In this document: positions 1 to 11,263 of the stretch, in pieces
Numbering within the stretch: the stretch's first letter is position 1
Layout: each line of letters begins with the position of its first letter
Assembly (NCBI RefSeq): GCF_902459465.1
Contig: NC_047082.1
Coordinates: 6,758,001 to 6,822,000 of the forward strand
Direction of reading: 5' to 3'
Source of the DNA: Asterias rubens
Lineage: Eukaryota
Length of the DNA stretch: 64,000 nucleotides
The notes under the pieces: generated by a model
The model's input: only the letters and a program-made list of their open reading frames with translations
Database searches by the model: none
Told to the model about the DNA's origin: nothing
Made by a program: the position numbers and the translations under genes

Positions 1-260
1 TGCGAAGTTGCAGGATAAAATTAAAGAAAAAAACACCCTTGTCACACCATGGTCACACAAAGTTGTGTGCTTTCAGATGCTTGATTTTGAGACCTCAAAT
101 TCTAAATCTGAGGTCTCGAAATCAAATTCGTGGAAAATTACTTCGTTCCCGAAAACTACTTTTCAGAGGGAGCTGTTTCTCACAATGTTTAATACTATCA
201 ACCTCTCCCCGTTACTCGTAATCAAGAAATGTTTCATGATAATAATTTCTAGGAGTAACT
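1..260. mobile_element. Kolobok-like MITE family A, partial copy
   Basis: Shares the internal gagacctc..gaggtctcgaaatc core with the full copies. Confidence 0.7.
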
Positions 261-322
261 TGGTCCTAGCTCAATGCTCTGACAGATTGCCTTGCCAGTC
301 ATCTCATCTCAATCTCATCTCT

Positions 323-344
323 CCCCCCCCCCCCCCCCCCCCCC
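323..344. repeat. Poly-C22 tract preceded by ATCTC repeats
   Basis: Direct reading. Confidence 0.9.
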
Positions 345-839
345 ATCGGCGCAAAGTTGCTCCGACAATGCACCCCCCTCCCTTTTATCTAAAGAATAAG
401 AAATATTAATCTAACTAAACAAACTCTACACTTAACCGCCTTCTGCCAGTCTGCAATCAGTATTGTACAAGATCAACAAAGCTTTTAGTTGTTTTTTTTA
501 CAGTTGCTTAATAATAAATGGCCCAGAATTGAAACTCTTTTGGATACTTCTCCAAAATAACCAAGGTCAAAGGAGAAGGATTCTCCTTCCCCCATTATTA
601 AAAAAAAATGTTGGTTGGTGTCTGCATTTGGGTTTTTTGTAAATTGTATTTGCAGATGTCAACCTTTTTTAAAGGAGTAAAGCTTGTGGGTGGTCTATAG
701 CTCCATGTTACAACAACTTTCATTCATGGAGACAGGTAGAGGTAGGATCCATAGGGGATGTAGCCCCACTACACAAGTGGGGCTAGGATCCATGGGATCC
801 ATGTAGCCCCATCCCATGCCAATGCGACCCGGAGGGGGT

Positions 840-963
840 AACTTTCCGTACGGCGCCACCACTTTTTCACTCATTTTTACAAAAAGGGATATCTCATTGA
901 GGTTAATTAAATACAATATTATTTCATATCGAATGAAAAAGTGGTGGCGCCATACGGAAACTT
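840..963. mobile_element. Short MITE with ttccgta(c/t)ggcgccaccacttttt TIRs
   Basis: Inverted ends; a second copy in the opposite orientation at ~25147-25282. Confidence 0.75.
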
Positions 964-1035
964 TTCCCAAATAAAATTATCTTTCGGTAACTTTGGAAAC
1001 CCCTATTTCTATTAATTTCGATCTCTCAGTCTCAC

Positions 1036-1180
1036 CGATTATTCTACCAACATCCCTTGAGTCAATGGGTATCGACTCTGTGTTGGAATTCCATCCCGTC
1101 CTACTCCTGCCGCTGCCATTACTCCGGTATTCTTGAGTTTGAATGCGATTTTCAAATCCATTTCTTTCAAAGTTCGACAT
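1036..1180 (-). CDS. Probable first coding exon of a KH-domain protein (N-terminus resembles DDX43-type KH-DEAD helicases); rest of the gene is not seen in the window
   Basis: ATG at 1180 in aagATG context. Encodes MSNFERNG...SIPIDSRDVGRII-G, ending at a donor ATC G|gtgaga exactly where a KH 'GRIIGxGG' motif would continue. CpG-rich DNA lies upstream. Confidence 0.6.
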
Positions 1181-1400
1181 CTTGCTTGCCGCATGAATAT
1201 TGACAGTGTGCTGCATGCATGCTGCGCGTTACGTGTGTTGCTGTTGATATACGTGATCGTGGTGTGATTGAACAATCACGTTAGCTATATAACACGTGGA
1301 GTAGGTGATTCTAGGTACTGATGTGCAATAATGAGGGGAGAAATGGAAAGGGGCCGCAGACTAAACACGATGTTGATTTTCAGTGGCCGATTTCCGCTAA
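1181..1400 (-). promoter_or_regulatory. CpG-rich putative promoter/5' UTR of the KH-domain gene
   Basis: Local CpG enrichment in an AT-rich background, CACGTG E-box at 1293-1298, directly upstream of the ATG at 1180. Confidence 0.35.
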
Positions 1401-1620
1401 TAAGATAAGTTCTAACTACTTGGACTCTTTAAAGTAGAGTCAAAAAGTTGAGGCTAGTCGAAATAATAATAAAAAAAGGTCTAGGTACTTTTTGTAGCAT
1501 AAAACACAATGGCCACAGATTTACACTTTTGAGAGGGTCTGGGTACTTTTTGTAGCACAGATTTATAATAAAGTGGTGTGCTACAAAACGTACCAAACCC
1601 TTTTCAAAGGTGCTTCATGG

Positions 1621-1785
1621 GGCCTAGGTAGACCCAGTGACTGGGGCGCTAGATTCCTTTTTTCGAAATTTTGACATTATCGTTCATTCCTTTTTTCGAA
1701 ATTTTGACAATTATGACCGATAATGTCAAAATTTTGAAAAAAGGAATCTAAATAGCGCCCAGTCACTGGGTCTAGGGCCTAGGCC
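1621..1785. mobile_element. Palindromic MITE/foldback (ggcctagg...cctaggcc)
   Basis: Long inverted arms; the left arm has a direct duplication of attccttttttcgaaattttgaca. Confidence 0.7.
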
Positions 1786-2650
1786 AACAGGGCGCACACA
1801 ACAAGTCGTAGATAATGGACATACATCACTCCCAGCAGCCGTCACTTCTGGTGTGCCACAAGGCACTGTCACTGGTCCACTTTTGTTTTTGCAACGACCT
1901 GCCAAACATCACCTCCCAGACCAGGCTTTACACAGATGACTGCCATGCTTTACACCAATTCCTATGATTAATGGGGACACCAGCACTTTGCATAATGACC
2001 TGGAACTCCTGGAAACCTGGCAAGACACTTGGTCAATGAACTGCTGCACCATGACCATAGGCAAGAGAAACCCACCCCAGCATGAATACAAATTTTGCAA
2101 TCAAGTTTTGGACAGCGTCTCAGCTCAAAAATACATTGGTTGTCATATATCATAATACCCTTAGCTGGAACATCCATGTTCAGGAGTCCATCAAGAAAGC
2201 TCAAAGAGTGCAGAATGTTATCCGCAGGAATTGTGGAGCTGTAACAGTGAAGTGAAATCAACTGTTTATTTGAGCTTAGTGAGACCACTCCTATAGAATA
2301 TGCTGCATCCGCTTGGGATCCCTCAACAAAACAGAACATAAACTCAATTGAAAGAGTCCAACGCCAAGCAGCGAGGTTTTGCACAGGAAACTACAAAAGG
2401 GATACGGGAACTGTTACAAAACTTCTAGATGACTTGGAATGGGACACACTACAGCACAGAAGAAATCAACAGAAACTATGTATGCTCTACAAGATGAAAA
2501 ATGGGTTGGTTGACATTCCACTTCACAACTTCAGCCCAATACCAGAGATACAAGGGGAAACAACCAAAAATTCACTCAAGTCAGCCATAAAGCTCGGGCC
2601 TTCAAAGATTCATTCTTCGTATCAACTGTTAAACTCTGGAACTCACTCTC
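1786..2650 (+). mobile_element. Decayed CR1/L2-group LINE reverse transcriptase fragment
   Basis: Frameshifted motifs SGVPQGTVTGPLLF, TDDC, NDLELLETWQDTWSM, EYAASAWDP, ERVQRQAARF, LEWDTLQHRR..LCMLYKM. Confidence 0.85.
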
Positions 2651-2751
2651 GTCGGCTGTAGTCTATTTCCACACGCAGTGCGCAAGTTAGCGTAGTTGTA
2701 TCCGGCAGGATATTTTGCTGACTGAACCGATGGAGATGGAGATAGGCCTTA

Positions 2752-3774
2752 TTATATAACACCCAAGCAGATCCTTGCCATTTGATTGGAGGATTGTCCA
2801 TCACGTGATAGCAAATAAAAGTACCATTGCACGCCGAGTCACTCACCGTGCTTTTTCGTTCCATCCGAAAAGTACCATTGCACGCTGGCAGCGTGCAATG
2901 GTACTTTTCGGATGGAACGAAAAAGCTGAGTAAAAACATCACTGCGTGCGCGTGTCTTTGGTAACGCAGCAGGTGTTACTGCAAGAAGGCATAGTAAAAT
3001 TACTAGCATTCGGCTTCTACAGTTGAAATTGTTTGTTTTGAAAGTTGTATCTTTCAATCAAAATGACAAAGATCTACTTGGATGTTATATAAAACAAATA
3101 ATGAATGTTTTTCATTCGTGCAATGGTGCGAATATGTTCATTCGTTAAAAGCTGGAATGTTCCATTCAACTCGGCTCCGCCTCGTTGAATAGAACATTCC
3201 ATCTTTCAACTCATGAACATATTCGCACCATTGCACTCATAAACATTCATTATGTGTATATTATATAACACCCAAGCAGATCCTTGCCGTTTGATTGGAG
3301 GATTGTCCGTCACGTGATAGCAAATAAAAGTACCATTGCACGCTGAGTCACTCACCGTGCTTTTTCGTTCCATCCGAAAAGTACCATTGCACGCTGGCAG
3401 CGTGCAATGGTACTTTTCGGATGGAACGAAAAAGCTGAGTAAAAACATCACTGCGTGCGCGTTGTCTTCGGTAACGCAGCAAGGCATAATTAGTAAAATT
3501 ACTAGCAGTCGTCTTCTACAATTAAAAATTGGAGGCCTACGCTTTGTTTGTTTAGAAAGTTGTATCTTTCAATCAAAATGACAAAGATCTACTTGGATGT
3601 TATATAAAACAAATAATGAATGTTTTTCATTCGTGCAATGGTGCGAATATGTTCATTCGTTGAAAGCTGGAATGTTCCATTCAACTCGGCTCCGCCTCGT
3701 TGAATAGAACATTCCATCTTTCAACTCATGAACATATTTGCACCATTGCACTCATAAACATTCATTATGTGTAT
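2752..3774. repeat. Head-to-tail duplication of a ~510-bp hairpin-containing element
   Basis: Unit starts at 2752 and 3261; each unit has a ~70-bp-arm hairpin around ctcggctccgcctcg. Confidence 0.85.
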
Positions 3775-4683
3775 ACTATTTACTTATCAAATGTTTCATG
3801 GGGTAAAATGGATGGTTAGCGCCATGTTATGTCACTGGAGACATTTTGCCATAAACGCCACTGCCAAATCAATTTCATTAACAAGAACTCCAACACAAAA
3901 CAAAAAAACTTGACAACAAACCTTACAGTTTGAAAAAAGAATTATATATTTATTTTTATTCCTTAAGAAACCCTGAAGCAACCTTTTAAAAAAACAGATT
4001 TGTTCTTAGAAACATATTAAAACACCTGTTAAATCTTCGATCATTTCAAACTCAGTTAATGTATAGGCATGATCAATATTTGCATATACCACTTAATTTG
4101 TATCAAGCAATAAACCAAAAGGGACACCGACTGGGTAAATTCATAAATAGTATGGGGTTGAACAAAGACAAATTAACTAGAATGGGAATCAGGATGTGGC
4201 GCTTTCTTTGTTCGTCGGCAAAATTATTAAACAAATTTCACCTAGTCAATTTCAGCAATAATTCACATCCCCATTATGACTCTGCTACCACTTCCCATGT
4301 TATATGGTAAACTTGGGTCTGATCCCTAGACTTGATTTCAAGTCTGAGAATGCGGTTATTTCTCTGCATCAGCCACACGGAATTCCCCCCGCAGATTTTC
4401 TATCACACAATCTAACTCGCAATCGCTAGGCCAATGTTTGTGATCCCTGGCTTTAGGGCAGTAACGGGTTGTATGGCTTCTGACTGGCACCCCTGAACAA
4501 AGATATTGACAAAATAAGGATACCGCTGGCACGTTAATCTAGAGGTCGTTTATTCACGCCCCGCCCTAGTTAGTTTTTCTTTATTCAATCCAAAATAAGT
4601 TCCTAGATATTATTCTTTGAGTATATTGACCATCTCTAAAGGAAGTCACATACGATCAACCCAAACATAAACCGATAACATTT

Positions 4684-5059
4684 TTAAAGGCAGTGGACAC
4701 TATTGGTAATTACTCAAAATAATTGTTAGCATTAAACCTTTCTTGGTGACGAGTAATGGGGAGAGGTTGATGGTATAAAACATTGTGAGAAACGGCTCCC
4801 TCTGAAGTGGCATAGTTTTCGAGAAAGAAGTAATTTTCCACGAATTTGATTTCGAGACCTCAGATTTCGAAACCAACCATCTAATAAACGCACACAACTT
4901 TGTGTGACAAGGGTGTTTTTTTCTTTCATTATTATCTCGCAACTTCGATGACCGATTGAGCTCAAATTTTCACAGGTTAGTCATTTTATGCATATGTTGA
5001 GATACACCAACTGTGAAGGCTAGTCTATGACAATTACCAATAGTGTCCACTGCCTTTAA
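4684..5059. mobile_element. Kolobok-like MITE family A, full copy
   Basis: TTAA at both ends; 28-bp TIR ttaaaggcagtggacactattggtaatt. TTAA plus purine-purine termini fit Kolobok. Confidence 0.85.
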
Positions 5060-5561
5060 TATATATGTATGTAAGAACATAACAAAAATACAATAGAATT
5101 TGCATTAAGTAATATATATATCTTTTTTTAAAGTCCATAATTCTGAGGATGCTGACAGTTTTCAGACAAAGCAAATACTATAGCGCTTTTCAGATAATTT
5201 AAATTGTATGGGTATATGTTATATAAACAAACTTTTGAAGTCAAGTGTGACAGCAGTTCAATGAAGGCTAGAGGAAGCACTTTGTTAACCTCACATAAGT
5301 AGTTTATAACTTTGGTAAAATGTGGCTGTTCACAGGATTTGCTAACTATTGCTTTGCTTTAACGTAATAAGAAGAATTGCACAAAGATGTGTATTGTTAT
5401 TGACAACATGTATAAGCCTGAATCTGAATTGGCGGCTATGGCTGTTGCTAAGGGTGTTGCTAAGGTTGTCCTATACCTCAATGCATGGTGACGCTGACAT
5501 CCAGCTGTAGCCATAGCTGTAGCCACTCATTCGGTCACAGCCTAAAACTAATCTGTGAGTT

Positions 5562-5773
5562 TTAAAGGAACACGTTGCCTAATGGATCGGTCGAGTTGGT
5601 CTTTGAAAAACGTTCTGTAACCGTTTGTTATGAAATGCATATGGGTAGAAAGATGTTGTAAAAGTAGAATATATCGTTCTACACAAATATGCCTATAATA
5701 TACATACAAATATACAGTTTCAAACGCTTTTTATAGACCAACTCGTCCGATCCCAGGCAACGCGTTCCTTTAA
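5562..5773. mobile_element. Kolobok-like MITE family B, internally deleted copy
   Basis: TIR ttaaaggaacacgttgcc...ggcaacgcgttcctttaa. Confidence 0.8.
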
Positions 5774-5929
5774 GTTTTGACACAAAATTATAATAAAATT
5801 TATGAAGAATTGCTTTTGCCTCAACTATAGACAAAAAATATTGCTCTCACGATGTTTTGAACATCAATTTTGGAATACGTGTATTAAATAGTATAAATCA
5901 TGTTTGTTTTCTAAAGTATACAAGTATAT

Positions 5930-6213
5930 TTTATGAATACAAGCTGTTGATAGTATAAAACATTGTGAGAAATTGCTCCCTCTGAAGTAACACAGTTTTT
6001 GAGAAAGACGTTATGTCTCACTCAAACAATTAAAGACTTCAGCTGAAGCCTTTTATTATGCATCTGAAAGCACACAAGGCTTTTTTCTCATTATTCTCTT
6101 GTAACTTCGATGAGGACTTGAGCCCAAGTTTTCAATTATGCATAAATATGTTGGGATACACCAAGTGAGAATACTGGTCTTTGACAATTATCAAACGTGT
6201 ACAGTGCCTTTAA
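5930..6213. mobile_element. MITE family A, diverged copy
   Basis: Internal similarity and right TIR ...acagtgcctttaa. Confidence 0.7.
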
Positions 6214-6502
6214 GTACAGGAATATTGGACCAATATTATGTTTATGAAATATGAAGCGCAATTGTCACACTAGATGGTGGAGAGCGCCTCACGTGGGGGT
6301 GTTTAAACGGTCGATAATGACCAGCTGGAGCTATTTATAACCGGTTGTTTCGGACTACTACGCGCACGAATGCATATCCAAAAACTGTCCCAGTCATAAA
6401 AATGCAACACACGTCCAGAGCTCAAGGACGTTGGAAAATGTATAAGTTTTACAGAGTTTCATACTTTACTATGTATTTTAACCAAAAAGGTTTTGAATGA
6501 AT

Positions 6503-6621
6503 GGGAATAAAAGAGTAGTGACTCGCTCTTAAGCTGCCATTTAAAACCTTGCAGGGTCACGGCCACGACCCTGCTTGTTATAAAAGGCAGTTTAAGAACT
6601 CGTCGCTACCCTTTTATTCCC
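6503..6621. mobile_element. Palindromic MITE 60 nt downstream of the SLC2A stop codon
   Basis: gggaataaaag...cttttattccc ends; central gcagggtc..gaccctgc stem. Confidence 0.7.
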
Positions 6622-6681
6622 TTATTAAAGCTGTTTTTCTTGAAGAGCAAAGAGAACCTTGACTTTCTACCTTCCAGTGCG

Positions 6682-6847
6682 TCAGTTTTCTGTGGTATTC
6701 TCACACACTCCTTCATCCACTCCGATGTTAACATCTGTAAAGGAGTCTGAGTGTGGTAGTCTCTGATGTGTGTTCTCATGGCAACACTGTAAACATGAAC
6801 CAAGCCGTTTAAAACAGCTGTGTCCAGAAAGCCCTGTCATGTGGGAC
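6682..6847 (-). CDS. SLC2A10/SLC2A12: SLC2A10/12-like last coding exon (SHMTGLSG...CENTTEN-stop)
   Basis: tctacag acceptor; phase 2 matches exon 12; open to TGA at 6682. Confidence 0.75.
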
Positions 6848-7856
6848 CTGTAGACAAAAGCATAGAGAAGTCTCATTTGAAAAAAAACGACAACAGACAT
6901 GGACTTTGAGGCATTGCATGGTGAGCATTGAGGTTTCAATGTATATTTCAGTTTGCAGTGACACCATGATGTGTATAAACATGTCTACTTTTCTATTGCC
7001 GCTGAGTAGATTTCAGTGTTAGGGAGACTACTTAGTTCTGAAAAGAACTGTACTGCTTTTACGTAATGGGCAGGAGGTAGGAAATCGGCCAGGACTAAAA
7101 ATATTTACTTTGTGGTTCGAGGGGGATCTGTGGTTCGAGGGGGGGTCTCAACATTTCTACTATTTTTCTCTAGTCATTGTCAAAACAAAAAACAACAAAA
7201 ACACCAATAGACAATAGCAAGTTGAAAAGAGCCATGTAACTTGGTGTGTACCTTGTATGCTTAAAGCATGTTTAGAACTCACTCCGCAGCAGTGAAGTTA
7301 ATAACAAAAAGTCCCCTTGAACCACTAAGCGCACAAAATTAGTCCGGTCCTACCTCCTACAATGTACATATACCTCCTACCTATGTAGTAGTACGTAATA
7401 AGCAGAACAGTTCTTTTCAGATCTAATATACGGTACCTCTTCTGGAGGGTTTCAAACCTATGACTCCTGCATTATATTCTGAAATGCTAGACTACCAAGA
7501 TTTCCTGGCGGCAAGCCGCCAGTTATATTGATAACTTATATTGATATAAAGAGTTCTTGTAGGTTTGTCTTGCAGCAACTCAATAACACGCATTGTTCAT
7601 GCAATGCACCATCTTCATAGGAGTTAAAACACAGTTTAGCGAGTATAGTTTGAAAACTTAACAGTAACTCAGCCATGCAGCAAATGGGAGTCCAATAAAA
7701 GGCACAGTATAGGTTACATGTAGACATTATTCATATTATGCGTACTATTTATTCACTGCTTAATGTATCCATTGCAGGATAAAAGCAGTGTTTTCCGTTA
7801 AGGCAGAGATTGGGCCCAGAACTTGAAGGTAAAAATTGAATCGATGTTACTCTTAC

Positions 7857-7989
7857 TTTTTGTTGAGCTCGGCTGATATCTGCTCTAAAGATCTGTTTTT
7901 GGTCTCTGGGACGATGAGGTAAATAAAGATGAAGGAAACTGCACATATTGCACCATATAATAGGAAGGTCCAGGATGGGCCAATACCAT
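7857..7989 (-). CDS. SLC2A10/SLC2A12: SLC2A10/12-like exon 12 (GIGPSWTFLLYGAICAVSFIFIYLIVPETKNRSLEQISAELNK)
   Basis: tag/gtaaga, 133 nt, PETK motif. Confidence 0.93.
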
Positions 7990-8038
7990 CTAAGAGAAGA
8001 GGATAAAACAGTCATGCAATTACCGGGCATTCAATCAG

Positions 8039-8702
8039 TTAAAGACACTGACACTTTCAGTAATTGAGACCAGTATTCTCACTTGGTGCGTATCCAAACA
8101 TGCATTAAACAACAATACACCATACTCCATACAATCCTACTAGAAACCTCCGTTCTGCTAACAAAGACACCCTCGTTATCCCTAAAGTTGCCACCAAAGC
8201 ATATGGTCAACGCAGTTATCAGTTTGCTGCTCCTCACTTATGGAACAATCTCCCTCTACACATCAAACAAGCGACCACGATCTCAAGTTTCAAGACTCTT
8301 CTCAAAAAATATCTATTCAAATCATCAATATACATAATTACTCTTATGTTTCCTCTGAGCACTTAAAGACTTTCTTTTGGAGGTGTTCAGCGCTATGGAA
8401 ATGCGGTTGTTATTTTTGTTATTATTATTAACAAATCTGTGAAAATTTGGACTCAATTGGTTATCGAAGTTGCAATAATGAAAGAAAACACACCCTTGCA
8501 CAAATTTGTGTGCTTTCAGATGCCTAATAAAGGCTTCAGGCCTTAAGTCTTTTATTGTTTGGTGAGAAAGTACCTCTTTCTTTACAGGGAGCTGTTTCTC
8601 ACTATGTTTTATATTATCAACAGCTCTCCATTGCTTGTTACCAAGCAAGTGTTTATGCTAACAACAGTTTTGAGTATCTACCAATAGTGTCTAGTGCCTT
8701 TA
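8039..8702. mobile_element. MITE family A copy interrupted by a LINE 3' fragment
   Basis: Left end ttaaagacactg.., body resumes at ~8430, right TIR at 8702. Confidence 0.75.
8116..8429 (+). mobile_element. 5'-truncated L2/CR1-group LINE 3' end
   Basis: Reads TRNLRSANKDTLVIPKVATKAYGQRSYQFAAPHLWNNLPLHIKQATTISSFKTLLKKYLF, followed by a (TTA)n tail. Confidence 0.8.
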
Positions 8703-9169
8703 TTGAGCAAGAAAGCAATCACAGCAACCAGTCAGTCATTAAGGAAAGTATAGTTCAAGTAATCATGCAAGCTAGCAGTTAGCCCATCACTCAGTAGTCA
8801 CTGAATCAATCAATCCAGGATGCAAACGCTCTCTTTACAGTGCTCACTGCCATTCAAATCCTCCAAGCCTAAAGAGACAGAAATCTGTTGATTGAATTGT
8901 GGTGTTTGGAGGAATCTAAAAGCAAGCCTGCATACTAATTGTATTTATTTTAATGAGAGATCACCTTGACAACAAGGCCGGAGGGCCACTTCAAGGTGTG
9001 ATTGCTACCTACATTTAACTGATTTGGGCTATCGGCCCAAATCAACCACCAAGTTGCCAATTTACCCTTTGGGCCCTTTCACAGTCCGTAAGGATGTATG
9101 TACAATGTAGGCATGGGAAACATCCACTAGGAGCAATACCTTCCCAACTTTTTACAAAGCAATTATGAA

Positions 9170-9481
9170 TGACAGTAAGTCTTCACACTTGGTGCATCTC
9201 AACATATGCACAAAATATTAAACCTGTGAAAATTTGAACTCAATTGGTCGTCGAATTTGCGAGAGAATAATGGAAGAAAAACACCCTTGTCAAAAGAAGT
9301 GTGCTTTCAGATGCTTGATTTCGAGACCTCAAATTCTAAATCTGAGGTCTCAAAATCAAATTCATGGAAAATTACTTCTTTCTCGAAAACTACATTACTT
9401 CAGAGGGAGCCGTTTCTCACAATGTTTTATACAATCAACAGCTCCCCATTACTTGTTACCAATTGTGTCCACTGCCTTTAA
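9170..9481. mobile_element. MITE family A copy, left end missing
   Basis: Internal similarity and right TIR gtgtccactgcctttaa. Confidence 0.75.
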
Positions 9482-9732
9482 GTGCTTTACTCAAGTGTCA
9501 TGACAAGGAGTCAAACCCCAAATCTGAGAAAAACGTATGTGACAGTAGCATTTCTAAGATTCAAATTTTGGGGATAAAAACTGATATCTTTTTCCATAAC
9601 TAAATCATTACTTGAAAGTGAAATAATTCTCAAAAGGCTTTATACTATGGAAAGCTGTTGTACTCTGAACTAACCAAGTAAGTCTTAATTGGCACAAATT
9701 TAAGAGTGATTACCAAGTGATGTACCTTCCCT

Positions 9733-9963
9733 TTAAATGAACATCTGTCTGCTACTCCCAATGGGTTAAATGAACATCTGTCTGCTACTCCCAATGGGTT
9801 AAATGAACATCTGTCTGCTACTCCCAATGGGTTAAATGAACATCTGTCTGCTACTCCCAATGGGTTAAATGAACATCTGTCTGCTACTCCCAATGGGTTA
9901 AATGAACATCTGTCTGCTACTCCCAATGGGTTAAATGAACATCTGTCTGCTACTCCCAATGGG
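9733..9963. repeat. Minisatellite, 7 x 33 bp perfect
   Basis: Unit ttaaatgaacatctgtctgctactcccaatggg. Confidence 0.95.
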
Positions 9964-10310
9964 TTATTAACACCTTCAAATTAATAAACTTCTCATATTT
10001 TTTATGTAATCTTGGTTGTTGCAATTAGATTGATTGTTTAAATATATTTCCCAGACCTCCTTGAACTATACAAATATATGGTTTAACATTTTATTTTGCA
10101 ATAGTCAATGTAGTTTTTCTTCCAGATATAACCTTGTTAACATTAATGTTTACATTTCAGCTGCTCAGATCGTTCTGAAAATCCTTTTGTTTCATACTTT
10201 GTCAAGATGGTCTGGGGGTCATCCATGACTGTTGAGGTTATCCTATTTCTTTAAACACGTGTTTATGTATCTATATACCTTTAATTGTAAAATGTTATGT
10301 ATTTTTATCT

Positions 10311-11074
10311 TATCAATATAAACCACAAGGGAAACTGACTGGGTAAATTTGTAAATGATTTTTGGGGTTGAACAAAGAATTGACTAGAGTGGGATTCGAA
10401 CCAACGACCTCCGGATTAACGTGCCGGCGCTCTACCAACTGAGCTATCTAGCCCTATATTGGCGGTGTCCCTATTTTGTCAATATCTTTGTTCGGGGGTG
10501 CCAGTCAGAAGCCATACAACCGTTAACTGCCGTGTAGCCAGGGATCACACCCAAATTACGATACAACCTGGGAAGCGGCAGCTAGGGGATCACCTGAAGG
10601 GGATGCGACTTTTTGTTTCAGATATCAATATAAACCACAAGGGAAACTGACTGGGTAAATTTGTAAATGATTTTTGGGGTTGAACAAAGAATTGACTAGA
10701 GTGGGATTCGAACCAACGACCTCCGGATTAACGTGCCGGCGCTCTACCAACTGAGCTATCTAGCCCTATATTGGCGGTGTCCCTATTTTGTCAATATCTT
10801 TGTTCGGGGGTGCCAGTCAGAAGCCATACAACCGTTAACTGCCGTGTAGCCAGGGATCACACCCAAATTACGATACAACCTGGGAAGCGGCAGCTAGGGG
10901 ATCACCTGAAGGGGATGCGACTTTTTGTTTCAGATATCAATATAAACCACAAGGGAAACTGACTGGGTAAATTTGTAAATGATTTTTGGGGTTGAACAAA
11001 GAATTGACTAGAGTGGGATTCGAACCAACGACCTCCGGATTAACGTGCCGGCGCTCTACCAACTGAGCTATCTA
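10311..11074 (-). repeat. Tandem array, 2.45 x 312 bp, each unit with an internal tRNA-like segment
   Basis: Unit starts at 10311, 10623, 10935; A box TAGCTCAGTTGG and B box GGTTCGAATCC on the minus strand; copies look identical. Confidence 0.9.
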
Positions 11075-11140
11075 TTTTTATCTTCTCCATTTTTTGAGGT
11101 TTTGTTGAAAAAAAAAATGGAAAAAAATGATATGACTTAC

Positions 11141-11263
11141 TTATAACATCCAGGAATGTTAGTGAGACGACAACGTTGGTGCCCCAGTTAAAAATGGATG
11201 CCAGGGAACTCGCACGACCCCGTATACCAGCAGGGAAGATTTCACTTAAAACCAGCCAGCCGA
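11141..11263 (-). CDS. SLC2A10/SLC2A12: SLC2A10/12-like exon 11 ([40 protein letters not shown])
   Basis: cag/gtaagt, 123 nt. Confidence 0.93.

Noticed and set aside
8-409. 133-aa ORF and similar ORFs at 4700-4965, 9234-9603, 56369-56721, 59316-59546 and 63291-63599
   Set aside because: Chance frames across non-autonomous MITE copies; no transposase motifs.
9645-9959. ORF of (LGVADRCSFNP)n
   Set aside because: By-product of a perfect 33-bp repeat; no synonymous variation or splice context.
10384-10450. tRNA gene (also 10696-10762, 11008-11074, ~21530-21600, ~40150-40220)
   Set aside because: A and B boxes are present but the acceptor stem is incomplete and the anticodon loop non-canonical; embedded in repeats, so tRNA-derived.
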